A DNA stretch of 64,000 nt from Hypanus sabinus (lineage: Eukaryota). Positions 39,966 through 52,112 of the stretch are shown here, one piece after another. The first letter of the stretch is position 1. Each line of letters begins with the position of its first letter. Made by a program: the position numbers and the translations under genes. Under the pieces are notes generated by a model. That model had not been told where the DNA came from. It saw nothing but the letters and a program-made list of their open reading frames with translations, and made no database searches. The stretch spans positions 44,206,001-44,270,000 of the forward strand of contig NC_082728.1 of assembly GCF_030144855.1 (NCBI RefSeq), in the 5' to 3' direction.

Positions 39966-40071
39966 ATTAAAACTATCCTTGAATTATTCTCTAGAAGCAA
40001 ATTCATGTCACAGACCAACTGGGCAAAATTGTTCTGGTTGTACCGTGCTGATTGGTAATGCTGTAATTTAT

Positions 40072-40910
40072 GAAGGAGAGGCGGAGTGAAGTGATGATCG
40101 TGCTAAATGGCGACTCCTTTGCTTGCATCTTTGGAAACAATTCTATTTCTCTTTTTTTTTCCTTTTCAAGGTTCTTTTGAAGACCCTGACCTGGACTTAC
40201 CCTCTTACTTTGGTTCTCTGCGGGAATGGGACCTGCTCTCATGGCCTCATGACCGGCTGTGTGATGCCCCAAGGACACAGTCTGGAAGACTAGCACACCT
40301 TCAGGGAGCTGGATTTCCGTGGCTCTGGAGACGGGCTGATTCTAGGCCAGTGCACCTGACTGAGGCGTTGCGGGAGAACACGGAACATCGGGAGCAGTGG
40401 GTCTGATGCCCTGGGCTATGTGTCCAGAGAGTTGAGCCTTTCTGGGGCCAACTCTCTGCATGCAGAGCTTGGAGAAAGTGACACAACAGACTTTTAACAT
40501 CATAAATCAGCCAGTTGTTTGTAATGTCTCCCCTCTCACTGTGAAACGGCGACACCTCTTTTCCCCGTAATAGGGAGAGAGTGAGAGAGCCTGTGGTATG
40601 TCGAATACCGGGTGAACGAGTAGTCTTTGGGGTACTGCAAGTCTGTGTCTTTATTGATGCTTTGCTGCACGCTTGAGTGCTCGGTGGGGGACGCTGATGC
40701 TTTTTTGCTGGTGGGGGGGGCTGTTGCTTTGCTGCTGCTTATTCGTGGGAGGGGTGATCTGGGGGAGTGGAGACTTTGGGGTTCTAACGTTTAACTGTCA
40801 TTCATTCTTTGGATGGTTTTCTGTTTTCTTGGATGGTTGCAAAGAAAAATAATTTCTGTATGTATTTTGTATACATTTCTCTGCCATTAAATGTACCTAT
40901 TGAAACCTAT
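40072..40910 (+). repeat. Unclassified non-coding interspersed repeat; 3' part also at 16260-16605
   Basis: The two copies share about 330 bp (tttttgctggtggg...actttggggttct...tttaactgtc.ttcattcttt...ttctctgccattaaa) and end in short tandem tails. Confidence 0.75.
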
Positions 40911-41904
40911 TAAATTAATTTCTGGGTCTAGAAATAAATTCTTAAATAATCCTTACATTACTTGTGATTTATAGTAGCAATAAAATCTTTCAATGAGCTT
41001 TTAGGTAATTATGATAGTGAAAATGTTGTAAAATTATATTCCACATTGACTTTCCTAAGCATTATATTACCAGCCACATACAACTGTAATAATCAGGAAA
41101 ATGACACAGCCATAACAAGCCAGCAATGCAAACACATGGATAAATAAGTATTTTCTAGCATCTTACATTTCATAATGAAACATAAATGCGAAATAATGGA
41201 GATGACTACAAAAATGGAAATTGGGAAAATTGATAGGTATAGCTTGCTTAAAATAAAGACGTTACCCAGACAATCATGAAATACTGCCGTGAAATTAAAT
41301 GCAGTTAGTCTGTAAAGCATCAGCTTATCCTATACCAGACAATATTTGCCTCTGCACCTCTACAGGCTTCCAAAAACTGCAAGTTTAGTAGCATTTCAAA
41401 GTTCAACATAAATGTTATTATTTACATACAGCTCACCATATACAACCCTGAGATTCATTTGCTTGTGGGCATACTCAGCAAATCTATAGAATAGTAACTA
41501 TAACAGAATCAATGAAAAATCAACCAGTGTTCAAAAGACAACAAACTATGCAAACGCAAATATAAATAAATAGCAATAAAAATGAGAGCATGAGATAAAG
41601 TTCTTAAACTGAGATCATCGCTTGTGGGAACAACTCAATGGATGAACAAGGGAGTGCAGTTATCCCTTTGATCAAGAGCATGATGGATGAAGAGTAATAA
41701 CTGTTCTTGAACCTGGTGGTGCAAGTCCTGTAGATAATCTCGTCATGATTATCTATTTTCCCCCTCTAATCTCTGGGAATAATCTTTAATCAGAATCAGG
41801 TTTACTATCACTGACATATATTGTAAAAATTGTTTTGTGGAAACAGAAGAGTCAAGACATAAAAATTACTATTGGTCAGTATTAAAAATAAATTAATAAT
41901 TAAT

Positions 41905-42590
41905 TTATCGTCGTCGTGGCTATCCCTCGAGATCAAGGATGATAGTCTTTGTTCTGTTGTTCTATTTATGGGTTTCTCAAGTGGCTTAGGAGTCCAATCT
42001 TGGCTTTGAAAGTTCTTCCTCATTCAGCACAGGTAGTTCCAGATGGCAGATCACCTTTGGTTGTTGCTGCCCCTCTTTCCATTTTCTTCTCTTTTCTTCT
42101 AATTCTGCACATCCATTGGCTTTGAAAGTTGCTGTTCCTTCTCAGATGATGGTTTTCCAGAGTTTCCTGTCCTTGGCATTGGTTTCCTAATTGTTGATGT
42201 TGATGTTACATTTCTTCATGTTGGCTTTTAAGACATATTTGAATCTCTTCTATTGTCCGCCTCTTTTACGTTTGCCTTCTTTAAGCTGGGAGTAGATTTG
42301 TTTCGGCATAGGTTCGTCTTTCATCTGAACAACATGACCGCTCCCTCTTAGTTGGTTCTTGATGACGTAGGTTTCAACGCTCGTTGTTTTTGCTTCATTT
42401 AGCACGCTGACGTTGGTTCTTCTATCATCCCAGCTGATATTTAAGATGTTTCGAAGACAGCGTTGTTGTCCAGGTTTCTAATGCATACAGGAGCTTTGGG
42501 ATTACCACTACTTTGTACACTAACATTTTGGCGTCTGTTCAGATGTCACGATCATGAAAGACTCTTGGTCGGAGATGTCCAAAAGCTGAT
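41905..42590 (-). mobile_element. RTE-clade LINE 3' fragment
   Basis: Minus strand reads QLR.SGHV..MKDE...SQLKEGKR..GGQ.KRFK.VLKANMK, typical of the RTE C-terminus. Confidence 0.75.
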
Positions 42591-43557
42591 GAGACAGTGT
42601 TCATGAACCATTCAGTAATCTAGTGGCAGAGTGGAAGAAGCTGTTCCTAAAATGCTGAAGTGTGGATGTTCAGGCTCCTGTGTCTCTACCCTGATGGTAG
42701 TAATGAGAAAAGGACATGTTCTCTGAATAGTAAGGGTCCTTAATGATGGATGCTGTCTTCTTGAGGCAGTCTTTTGTGATGTCCTTGATGGTAGCCTTTA
42801 GTGCCAATAGGTAACAATTTGCATATTGGGACTGGGAAACTGGTAGTTAACTGTCTTATCCCAGTATTAGACTGAACAAGGGCATCTCCAGCACTGTTGC
42901 AAATACAGGTTGTGACATCATGTGATGTTGAAGGAAAGCAAAGATAAACAGATCAGAGTATGCAAATATTGGGTGGCAGGGCAGAGTTAAATCTCTACCA
43001 AGGGAGGTAAGGCGCCCCTTACCTCTGCAAGCCTGCAGATCACCCTTGGGCAAGGTGTAGCACCTGCTTACTCCCTCCCCCCCAATCAGGGACACACAAA
43101 GCCAAGGGGACAGGTGGTGGATGGTTGTATGAACAGCTGGTGCATATCACAAGTCCTGGTTATGCAACCAGTCAGACAATTTTGGAAGAGTATTGATAAT
43201 GGCTGGGGTCACCCGTCTTGTAAAGACACTACTCAGGAGGAAGCAGTGGCAAACCACATCTGCAAAGAACGGCCATGGTCACGGTTAAAGAAATTACTCA
43301 GAACAATAGATGGAAGAGCATTATCGCCTTCGTCATAGATGCAGCACATAATGATGATGATGCAAATATACTGTAACTTGGCAGCAATTTATGTTCACAG
43401 TGTAAATACGTTCACCTTCTGCTACTGCTATGCAGCGGCATCAAGACAGGCATATTTCATGTGCTATTCCAATTTAAAATATGACCATAAATGTGAAACA
43501 GGAAAAATAGACAGGGAACAGACAATGTAAAACAAAAGGTACACAATAATGTCTTAC

Positions 43558-44170
43558 CTTCTGGGCTATTGGGGTTTGCATTTTTGTTGTTTGCTTTCAG
43601 GATCTGTACAGATTTATTGTGTTTCTTACTGTTCCTTCTCCTCCCGAGAATGCTGAGGTCATATGCGTCAGTTATTACAAACCGAAACTTTGGAAAGGGA
43701 CTAAAATGATAGCCATAAAATGCCTCAGGATCATCAGGGTTAATCTCAGTCTTAATATTGATACTAGGCACATTACCCGATACTATGTCACCTTCCAGGT
43801 GCTTGCTATTGAGAACAGATTTCAGTAATTGCTTCCTGTCAAAGTTGTAAAATTCATGGTTTCCCCAGACATGATGCACTGGAGACAGGCAATTCTTAAA
43901 CTCATTTATTACTGTTTGAAGTGCTTCTTCTGAGGCCTTTATCTGTGAATTGCATCCGTCAATTATATCACCAAGCTGCAGAATAAACTTGGGAGCAACA
44001 GGCTCTTCATTCCATTCTTTGATGGCATTGCGCAACAAACGGAGGCTGTTTCTATAGTAACGGTTTCTTGTCCTTGCATAGTTCTGGCCATTCTGTACAT
44101 CTGCATATTGGATATCGGCTATGACTCCAAAAGTGAAGTACATGTTATTTTCAGCTGCTTCTGTCTCCAT
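43558..44170 (-). CDS. ADPRM: Manganese-dependent ADP-ribose/CDP-alcohol diphosphatase, first coding exon
   Basis: FGVIADIQYAD, R..YYR.SL, LQLGDIIDG and WGNHEFYNF metallophosphoesterase motifs. Acceptor ttttag| puts the exon start at 44204; donor G|GTAAGA. Confidence 0.96.
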
Positions 44171-45629
44171 TCTCTTAAGTACTTCACTTCCACATGTCCA
44201 CCACCTAAAATAAAAACATACTGTGCAAATAGTGATTTGGATTTAACATCAATGAAGGTATCAACTGTACTGCAAGGTCACAGCAGTCTGGAGAACCTTA
44301 AAGTTATATTTCATGGATTTCAGTTCATCATGAGATCATTTCAAGACCTTTGTGATATATTAGGCAAAACCAAAACACAGCTCCAAGAAATTGAAAAATG
44401 CAGCCACTGTTGCCTTGTGGAAAAAATGTATACAAATTTTGGATTCTGGTTAATAGGTTCAGTACATTTTGACCCAATTAAGTGGCTGCCCCAAACAGCA
44501 AAAAGTTTCATGGAAAGAGTTGAAAAGGTATAAATTTACCATTTAACTGAGTAATAAATTATATATTTAAATGAAATACAGAATAAATTATTACGCATTG
44601 TATCTTAATTTTAAATAGTTTGTCTCTGCAAACCAATCAGAACATTATTATGTTCATCTTCCACTACTGCTATGCAGTTTCACATGCTATTCGAATTTAA
44701 ATATGACCAACTATTTAAAATTAGAATAAATATTGACTGTTTATTCTTTTCCATACATGCTGCTTGGCTTGCCGTGTCCTCCAGCAATTTAAGTATGCTA
44801 TTTATAAACTCTTCACTCTAGCCACAGTATGGAATTTAATGGCCACACGACATGCACAAAACTGAAACGATACATTTTCCTGGCACAGTGTCGCAGAGAA
44901 ATGAAGGGAATCCCAGTTATTTTCTCAATTTGCTTTTGTTCTTTAAGAGTTGTCCCGAATAAGCGGCTGTCCTGATTAAACAATGGCCCACTTTAACCTG
45001 AAACTACTGTATTTAGAGTTACGGCATGACACAGGCCATTCCGACAACCCGTGTGTTCAACCCTAGTCTACTCACAGCGACTAACTAGCCTAACTAGTCT
45101 CTCTTTGGAATGTGGAGGAAACCCACGCAATTACAGGGAGGAATGTAAAAACCCCATACAAGTCATATCAGAATTCAACTTTGAGCTGTAATAGTGTCAC
45201 ACTAACTTGTTTTACAATTATGAAATCACTTTGCCACACAGCTTATTGAATGAAAGGTATAAACAGGCAGGAACTCATCAAAGGAGTATGACAGGGGCAA
45301 GTTAACAGTTCAATACTGTTTGTTGAAGGATGGTGTTGGTATGTGACAGTGACACAGACAACTCCATGCAGGTATCTTACACATCACAATGGGATTGTCT
45401 ATGGCAGCAGAGAGGAAATTTGGTTTACATTTCACCTTAAACAGAACTAGAGCTCACTCTCTGGAGTATAAAACCAGAATTTTCACTCAAATATTTAGAA
45501 AGGGATGAATACACAACTTCTGACTCAACTGGGAGTGCACCAAACTAAGCTAGACCATTTCATGGCACCTATGGTCACAGTAGAATCGTGATGTTCATCT
45601 CTGATCCATTTCATTTAAGGCAATGACTT

Positions 45630-45845
45630 AAGGGTCGTAAAGTGGTGCAGCTACTAAAGCCTCTCCTTCTGGGTTCAATCTTGACCTTCGACTCTATGTG
45701 AATCTTATGCCCTCCCTGAAGCAGTATAAGGTGTCTTCCCAGATTCCCAAAATATTTAGATTAGGTTACCTGTCAATTAAACTTCCTGTTATATAGGTGA
45801 GTGATAGAACCTCAGGGGAAAAGTAAAATGGGTTAGGGTAAGAGT
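45630..45845 (+). mobile_element. Old tRNA-derived SINE whose tail is interrupted by the Gypsy element
   Basis: gtggtgcagcta...gggttcaatcttgacc head; tail-like sequence resumes at 51735-51775. Confidence 0.55.
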
Positions 45846-45978
45846 TGTAATGTACTGTGTGAGTATTCGTAGGTCAGAGTGCGTATGATGTCAGAACGGG
45901 GGTTAAAGAAAATGGAGGTCCGTTGAGTAAACGTGGTTGTTCAATCTACAGCGGTGTCCGAGTCACATCAATACCATA

Positions 45979-45991
45979 TGGTGTCAGAAGT
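45979..45991 (+). other. Primer-binding site complementary to tRNA-Leu(CAA) 3' end
   Basis: TGGTGTCAGAAGT directly after the 5' LTR is the reverse complement of the recalled ...ACTTCTGACACCA. Confidence 0.8.
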
Positions 45992-48209
45992 AATTGTAAG
46001 AGAAAAAAGGAGTAAAAGATGTCACAGTTACAGCCACCATCGAGCTTAAGCCTACGAGGTAATCTTGCTGAAAACTAGAAAGTATGGATCCAGCAGTTTG
46101 AGGTGTTTTGCACCACTAGCAGTGTAGGGGAAAAGATGGAGAAAGTGCAATGTGCTTTCTGCATGTGGCGGGGGCAGAGGCAATAAAGGTTTGCACACAT
46201 TTGTCTTCCAAGATAATGAGCAAGATAAAGTGTTGAAGAAAAAGTTTCAAGATTACTGCGAACCAAGAAAAAACCTACCGTACATCTAACACTTATTTTT
46301 CATGAGGGCTCAAGGACCGACAGAGACCATAGACGCCTATGTAACAGATTTGAAGAACAAAGCAAAAGACTGAGTTCAGACAACTGCATGATTCTTTAAT
46401 ACATGACAGGATTGTATGCGGCCTACGAGATGATCAAGTGAGAGGCAGACTATTGAGAGAGGCTGAGCTTACATTAGAAAAGGCAATTGATGTTTGCCGT
46501 GCCAGTGAGATCACGTCAAGTCAGGTTAAAGTGCTCAATGAAGAGAACCAAGTGCACAAAATAAAAACTGTGAAAACTGACAAGAGTAGGACAAAGCCAG
46601 CTCCACAGGATGATCAAAAGGAAGTTAACTGCAACAGATGTGGTTATAAACATGGATACAGAAAATGTCCAGCCTTTGGTCAGACATGCAAGTTATGCCA
46701 GAAAAGAAATCACTTTGCAAAGATGTGCAAATCACAGGAGCAAGCAAGGAAAATGAATGCTGTGGAACAGGAGGTATGTATCAAGAATATTGACAATGCA
46801 GAGATGGAGGATGAAGATGATTAGACTCAAGATCTGATATTAAACAGGAGGAATGTGACATTTAAGCTTGACACTGGGGCAAAGTGCAATGTAATGTCAG
46901 CAGAAACATTCAACTCACTGGACATCAGAGGAAGACTGAGAAAATCCACCTGCAAGCTTGTCGCATATTTTGGCCACAAGACAGCACCATTGGGAAAGAA
47001 ATCACTCACCTGTGTGGACAAAGAACAAAAACACAAGATAGAGTTTGAGATAGTACAGCAACATGTTCCAGCAATACTGGGCAAAGCAACATGCACAAAG
47101 CTAGGCCTGGTGAAGCGAATCTATGGTATAGAAAAAGAAAATGACTTTCTCATAGACTTTGCCGACTTGTTTTCTGGATTAGGATGTTTACCAGGAAAGC
47201 ACCATATCCAGATTGATCCAACTATTGAAACAGTCGTGCATGCCCCGAGAAAGATTCCAGTAGCTCTCAAGAATAGAGTAGTGGAGGAGCTACACAGAAT
47301 AGAACAGATGGAAGTCATAACGAGACAAATAGAACCGACTGACTGGGTGAATAGTATGGTGACAGTGGTCACAGAAAAAAAGATGAGGATTTGCATGGAT
47401 CCACAAGATCTCAACCGAGCCATCAAAAGAGAGCACTATCCGCTGCTCATGGTTGAAGTGGTTGTCTCCCACATGCCTAATGCGAAACACTTTTCAGTAT
47501 TAGATGCAAATCAAGGTTTCTGGCAGATCAAGCTGGATGAGGAAAGTTCCAAATTATGCACTTTCAACACGCCCATAGGGAGATATCGTTTCCTGCGTCT
47601 ACCCTTCGGGATTTCTTCTGCATCAGAGGTTTTCCAGAGGTCCGTGGCACAAATGATTGAAGGCCTGGACGGTGTGGTCAATATCATTGATGATTTGCTG
47701 GTATGGGGTGACACCATTGAAGAGCATGATCAGAGATTGAGGAAGCTCCTGGAGAGAGCACGTGAATACAACCTAAAACTGAACAAAAGCAAATGTACAA
47801 TCAGAACTACGGAGATCAAATACATAGGTCACTTACTCAGCGCTGATGGGCTAAAACCAGATAACGAAAAGGTCAGGGCTATGGTGCAGCTACCACCACC
47901 CAAAGATAAGCAAGAACTATTGAGATTCATGGGCATGACACAGTATCTTGCCAAGTTCATTCCCAACTTATCAGTGCTCCACTTCGAAAGCTACTAGAGA
48001 GCAACACTGAATGGCATTGGGAAGACGAACAAAAGAAAAGTTTTGACACATTGAAGCAGTTGGTTACCAATGCACCAGCACTCAAGTTCTATGATGTCAA
48101 TAAACCGGTGATGATGTCTGTGGATGCCAGTTCGGAAGGAATAGGAGCTGTTATACTGCAGGATGGGAGGCCTGTGGTGTATGGATCATGAGCACTTACA
48201 GACTGTCAA

Positions 48210-49689
48210 TAGACAATAGAAAAGACAATAGACAGTAGGTCCAGGAGTAGGCCATTCGGCCCTTCTAGCCAGCACCACCATTCACTGTGATCATGGCTGA
48301 TCATACACAATCAGTACCCCGTTCCTCCCCTCTCCCCATATCCCTTGACCCCACTATCTATAAGAGCTCTATCTAACTTTGTCTTGAATGCATCCAGAGA
48401 CTTGGCTTCCACTGCCTTCTGGGGCAGAGCATTCCACACATCCACCACTCTCTGGGTGAAAAAGTTTTTCCGCATCTCTGTTCTAAATGGCCTACCCCTT
48501 ATTCTTAAACTGTGGCCTCTAGTTCTGGACTCACCCATCAGCGGGAACATGCTTCCTGCCTCCAGCGTGTCCAATCCCTTAATAATCTTATATGTCTCAA
48601 TCAGATCTCTCCTCATCCTTCTAAATTCCAGTGTATACAACCCCAGTCGCTCCAATCTTTCAACATATGACAGTCCCGCCATTCCGGGAATTAACCTTGT
48701 GAACCTACACTGCACTCCCTCAATAGCAAGAATGTCCTTCCTCAAATTTGGAGACCAAAACTGCGCACAATACTCCAGGTGGGGTCTCAGCAGGGCCCTG
48801 TACAGTTGCATAAGGACCTCTTTACTCCTATACTCAATTCCTCTTGTTATAAAAGCCAGCATGCCATTAGCTTTCTTCACTGCCTGCTGTACCTGCATGC
48901 TTGCTTTCATTGACTGGTGTACAAGAACACTTAGATCTCATTGTATTTCCCCTTTTCCTAACTTGACTCCATTTAGATAGTAATCTGCCTTCCTGTTCTT
49001 GCCACCAAAGTGGATAACCTCACATTTATCCACATTAAACTGCATCTGCCATACATTTGCCCACTCACCCAACCTGTCCAGGTCACCCTGCATTCTCATA
49101 ACATCCTCCTGACATTTCACACTGCCACCCAGCTTTGTGTCATCAACAAATTTGCTAATGTTACTTTTAATTTCTTCATCTAAATCACTAATGTATATTG
49201 TAAACAGCTGTGGTCCCAGCTCCGAACCTTGCGATACCCCACTGGTCGCAGCCTGCCATGTGCCCTAATTTTGCCCACTAATCTCCTATGTGGGACATTA
49301 TCAAAAGCTTTCTGGAAGTCCAGGTACACTACATCCACTGGCTCTCCCTTGTCCATTTTCATAGTTACATCCTCAGAAAACTCCAGAAGATTAGTCAAGC
49401 ACGACTTTCTCTTCATAAATCCATGCTGACTCGGACTGATCCTTCTACTGCTATCCAAATGTGTCGTAATTTCCTCTTTTATAATTGACTCCAGCATCTT
49501 TCCCACCACTGACGTCAGGCTAAGCGGTCTATAATTCCCTGTTTTCTCTCTTCCTCCTTTCTTGAAAAGTGGGACAACATTAGCCACCCTCCAACCAGCA
49601 GGAACTGTTCCTGAATCTATAGAACATTAGAAAATGATTACCAATGCATCCACAATTTCTAGAGCCACCTCTTTAAGTACCCTGGGATG
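48210..49689 (-). mobile_element. 5'-truncated CR1 LINE nested in the Gypsy RNase H region
   Basis: RT motifs NYRP.SLTSV, YLDFQKAFD, RPHLEYC.QFWSP; (CTATTGT)n-type tail; flanked by CAGACTGTCAA at 48199-48209 and 49690-49700. Confidence 0.93.
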
Positions 49690-52002
49690 CAGACTGTCAA
49701 AGCTGATATGCTCAAATCGAGAAGGAATTACTCGCCATAGTTTATGGGTGTGAGAAGTTCCACCAATATGTATATGGCAAAGAAATCCAGGTTGAGAGTG
49801 ATCACAAACCACTTGAGAGCATCTTCAACAAGCCACTTCATCAAGCTCCTATGAGGCTGCAAAGGATGCTTCTCAGGCTACGGAGGTACACTCTCACAGT
49901 CACCTATAAGCCAGGAAAAGAACTGCACATCACTGATGCTTTCAGCCGTTCTTACCTCAAAGAGTTGCTAGGAAGAGAGCTGGAGGTCAACTGGGTTACA
50001 CCTCAGCTACCCATCTCTAAGAAGTTGAACATGTTCAGGAAAGCGACTGCAGATGATTCTGAAATGCAAATGCTAAGAGACATTACAATGAATGGATGGC
50101 CAACAGAAAGAAAAGATGTCCCAAAAGAAATGCAGAAATGCTGGACGTTTAAAGAGGGAATCAGCTATGCATCAGGACTAATGTTCAAAGCAGCAAAACT
50201 CATCGTACCAAACCAAATGAGACAGGAAATGCTCAACAGAATTCATGAGTCACTCCTGGGGATAGTAAAATGTAAAGAAAGAGCAAGGGACATTCTCTAT
50301 TGGCCAGGTATGTCAACTCCGATAGAGGGCATTGTGTCTCAGAGTGCTGTCTGTAATGAAAACAAAAACAGCAATCCAAGAGAGCCTTTGCTTCCCCATC
50401 CACTACCAGGAAGATCGTGGGAGAAGATTGGCACAGATCTCTTTCACTACAATGGTGCAGAATATCTGCTTTGTGTGGACTACTATTCAAAATACCCGGA
50501 GATCACCAAGTTAAGTGACATGTCCAGTCAAGATGTCATTACCACAATGAAGTCGACATTCGCAAGACATGGTATTCCAGATATTGTCGTTAGTGACAAT
50601 GGTCCACAATATGCCAGTGGTGAATTCAGAGGGTTCTCAGAAAGCTGGAAATTTCAACATGTTACTTCCAGTCCAGGGCATGCTCAGTCTAATGGACAAG
50701 CAGAGAGAACTGTACAAACTGTCAAGAACATGCTCAAGAAGGCACAAAGCAGCAATGGTGACCCTTACATTGCTCTGCCTGAATACCTCAACACACCGAT
50801 TGAGGGTGTGGGGTTCTCTCCTGCACAGCTGTTGATGGGACGTCATCTGAAGTCCAAACTACCAACATCTACAACTCTACTGACTCCTGAAGGTAATGCT
50901 CAAGTACATGACAAGCAAAAGTACAAGCAAATAAAGCAAAACAGCTACTATGACAGACATACAAGACAGTTGCCAGATCTGCATACAGGTGAATATGTCA
51001 GAATACAAAGAGGAGACACTTGGCAGCCAGCTGTGGTTGTGAACAGACATCAGCAACCAGGATCCTTCACAGTTTGCACACCGGATGGAAGAGTCTACAG
51101 GAGGAACAGGAAGCATCTGCTGAAGACAGGTGAGAGGGTGTTTCCACGTACAGATACACAGGACATTTCCACGGATACAGACATGGAAACAAACCACACC
51201 AACAGTGAGGGGCACGACGAAACCCCACGACACAATGAAGGTGAAGGTTCTCACCAGGCCAACCGAGGTGAGAATGCAGACCGCAAAGACACAGAGGTCA
51301 CTCGAGAGACTGACTCTGATGAAGGACAAGCACAGTCACGGTTGTATCGCACACAGTCTGGGAGACAAGTCCAACTTCCAGCTAGATACAGAGACTAGAT
51401 CTACCTACAGGTCACACAGTTTCAGGCAAAGTCACACATGTTATAAGTTCCAAGGTGTGAAATAAAAGGTTTATTAGTCTATGTTAGTAAAAGAAAATAT
51501 ACTGCTGTTAGTATTGTAAGATACAATGTAGAATACAGTAAAAGTTAAAATTTTTTTAGTTTATGTCATGGCTGTTGAAATGTAAAAAAAGGCATTGTTT
51601 TAGTAATTCACATTGTTGTAAAAAAAGATCTTGAGAAGGGGGATGTAATGTATTGTGTGAGTATTCGAAGGTCATCTGTTGAGTAAACGTGGTTGTTCAA
51701 TCTACAGCGGTGTCCGAGTCACATCAATACCACAGAGTGAGCCCTACTGAGTGGTCCGTTTCTGTGTCTTACTGATTATCTTAACAGTAGCCACTGTGTA
51801 ACAATTTACTCATTAAATAGTATTTGAAGCCAGCAAGCAGTGCAGTCTTTGCAGATAGTTGCACCCATTCCACCCACTCTGAGCTGCGTGGTGCCCGGGC
51901 TGGTGGGAAATAGGGTCACCCAGTCATCGCAGACAGCGTGTCCGAGGCCTAGCTCCGTGGTCACCTGGATACAGCGGGATAAAGCCGTCCCGCTTCACTC
52001 AC

Positions 52003-52050
52003 CTGGAGCCCCCTCGAAGCAGCATCCGCCTCCCACATCACTTCCGGCGC
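52003..52050 (-). other. ADPRM: Probable non-coding first exon of ADPRM
   Basis: Consensus donor CAG|GTGAGT on the minus strand (exon end 52003) inside a CpG-rich patch, next to promoter motifs; 5' end is approximate. Confidence 0.65.
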
Positions 52051-52112
52051 CGGTCCACGTGACATGTGACGTCAGTCTGCGAGTTACTTCCGGGTTTAAT
52101 TGTTTCCGGGCG
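52036..52112. promoter_or_regulatory. CpG-rich housekeeping-type promoter: ETS sites, E-box and CRE
   Basis: ACTTCCGG at 52040-47 and 52086-93, TTTCCGG at 52103-09, CACGTG at 52056-61, TGACGTCA at 52067-74. Confidence 0.75.

Larger units (their letters stand above)
45846..51734 (+). mobile_element. Ty3/Gypsy LTR retrotransposon, structurally complete but inactivated; lies in ADPRM intron 1, antisense to ADPRM
   Basis: 5' LTR 45846-45978, 3' LTR 51644-51734, GAGT TSD, PBS, polypurine tract GAGAAGGGGGA. gag from 46019 (GNLAEN*K.W, two Cys/His knuckles), protease LDTGA, RT IIDD, RNase H DAS, DDE integrase 49851-51398. Stops and frameshifts present. Confidence 0.95.

Noticed and set aside
43457-43557. 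C-terminal tail of the 237-aa ORF (KTLLCTFCF...)
   Set aside because: Read-through into the intron past the GTAAGA donor; the real protein continues in the exon at 38999.
48345-48980. 211-aa plus-strand ORF, and similar ones at 30846-31205 and 50877-51329
   Set aside because: Antisense shadows of CR1 or Gypsy coding sequence.
49851-51398. 515-aa open integrase ORF as a domesticated gene
   Set aside because: It lies within a TSD-flanked Gypsy with both LTRs. The HHCC finger is damaged (HESLLG, SAVC) and gag/pol carry stops and a CR1 insertion; the open frame fits a moderately young insertion.
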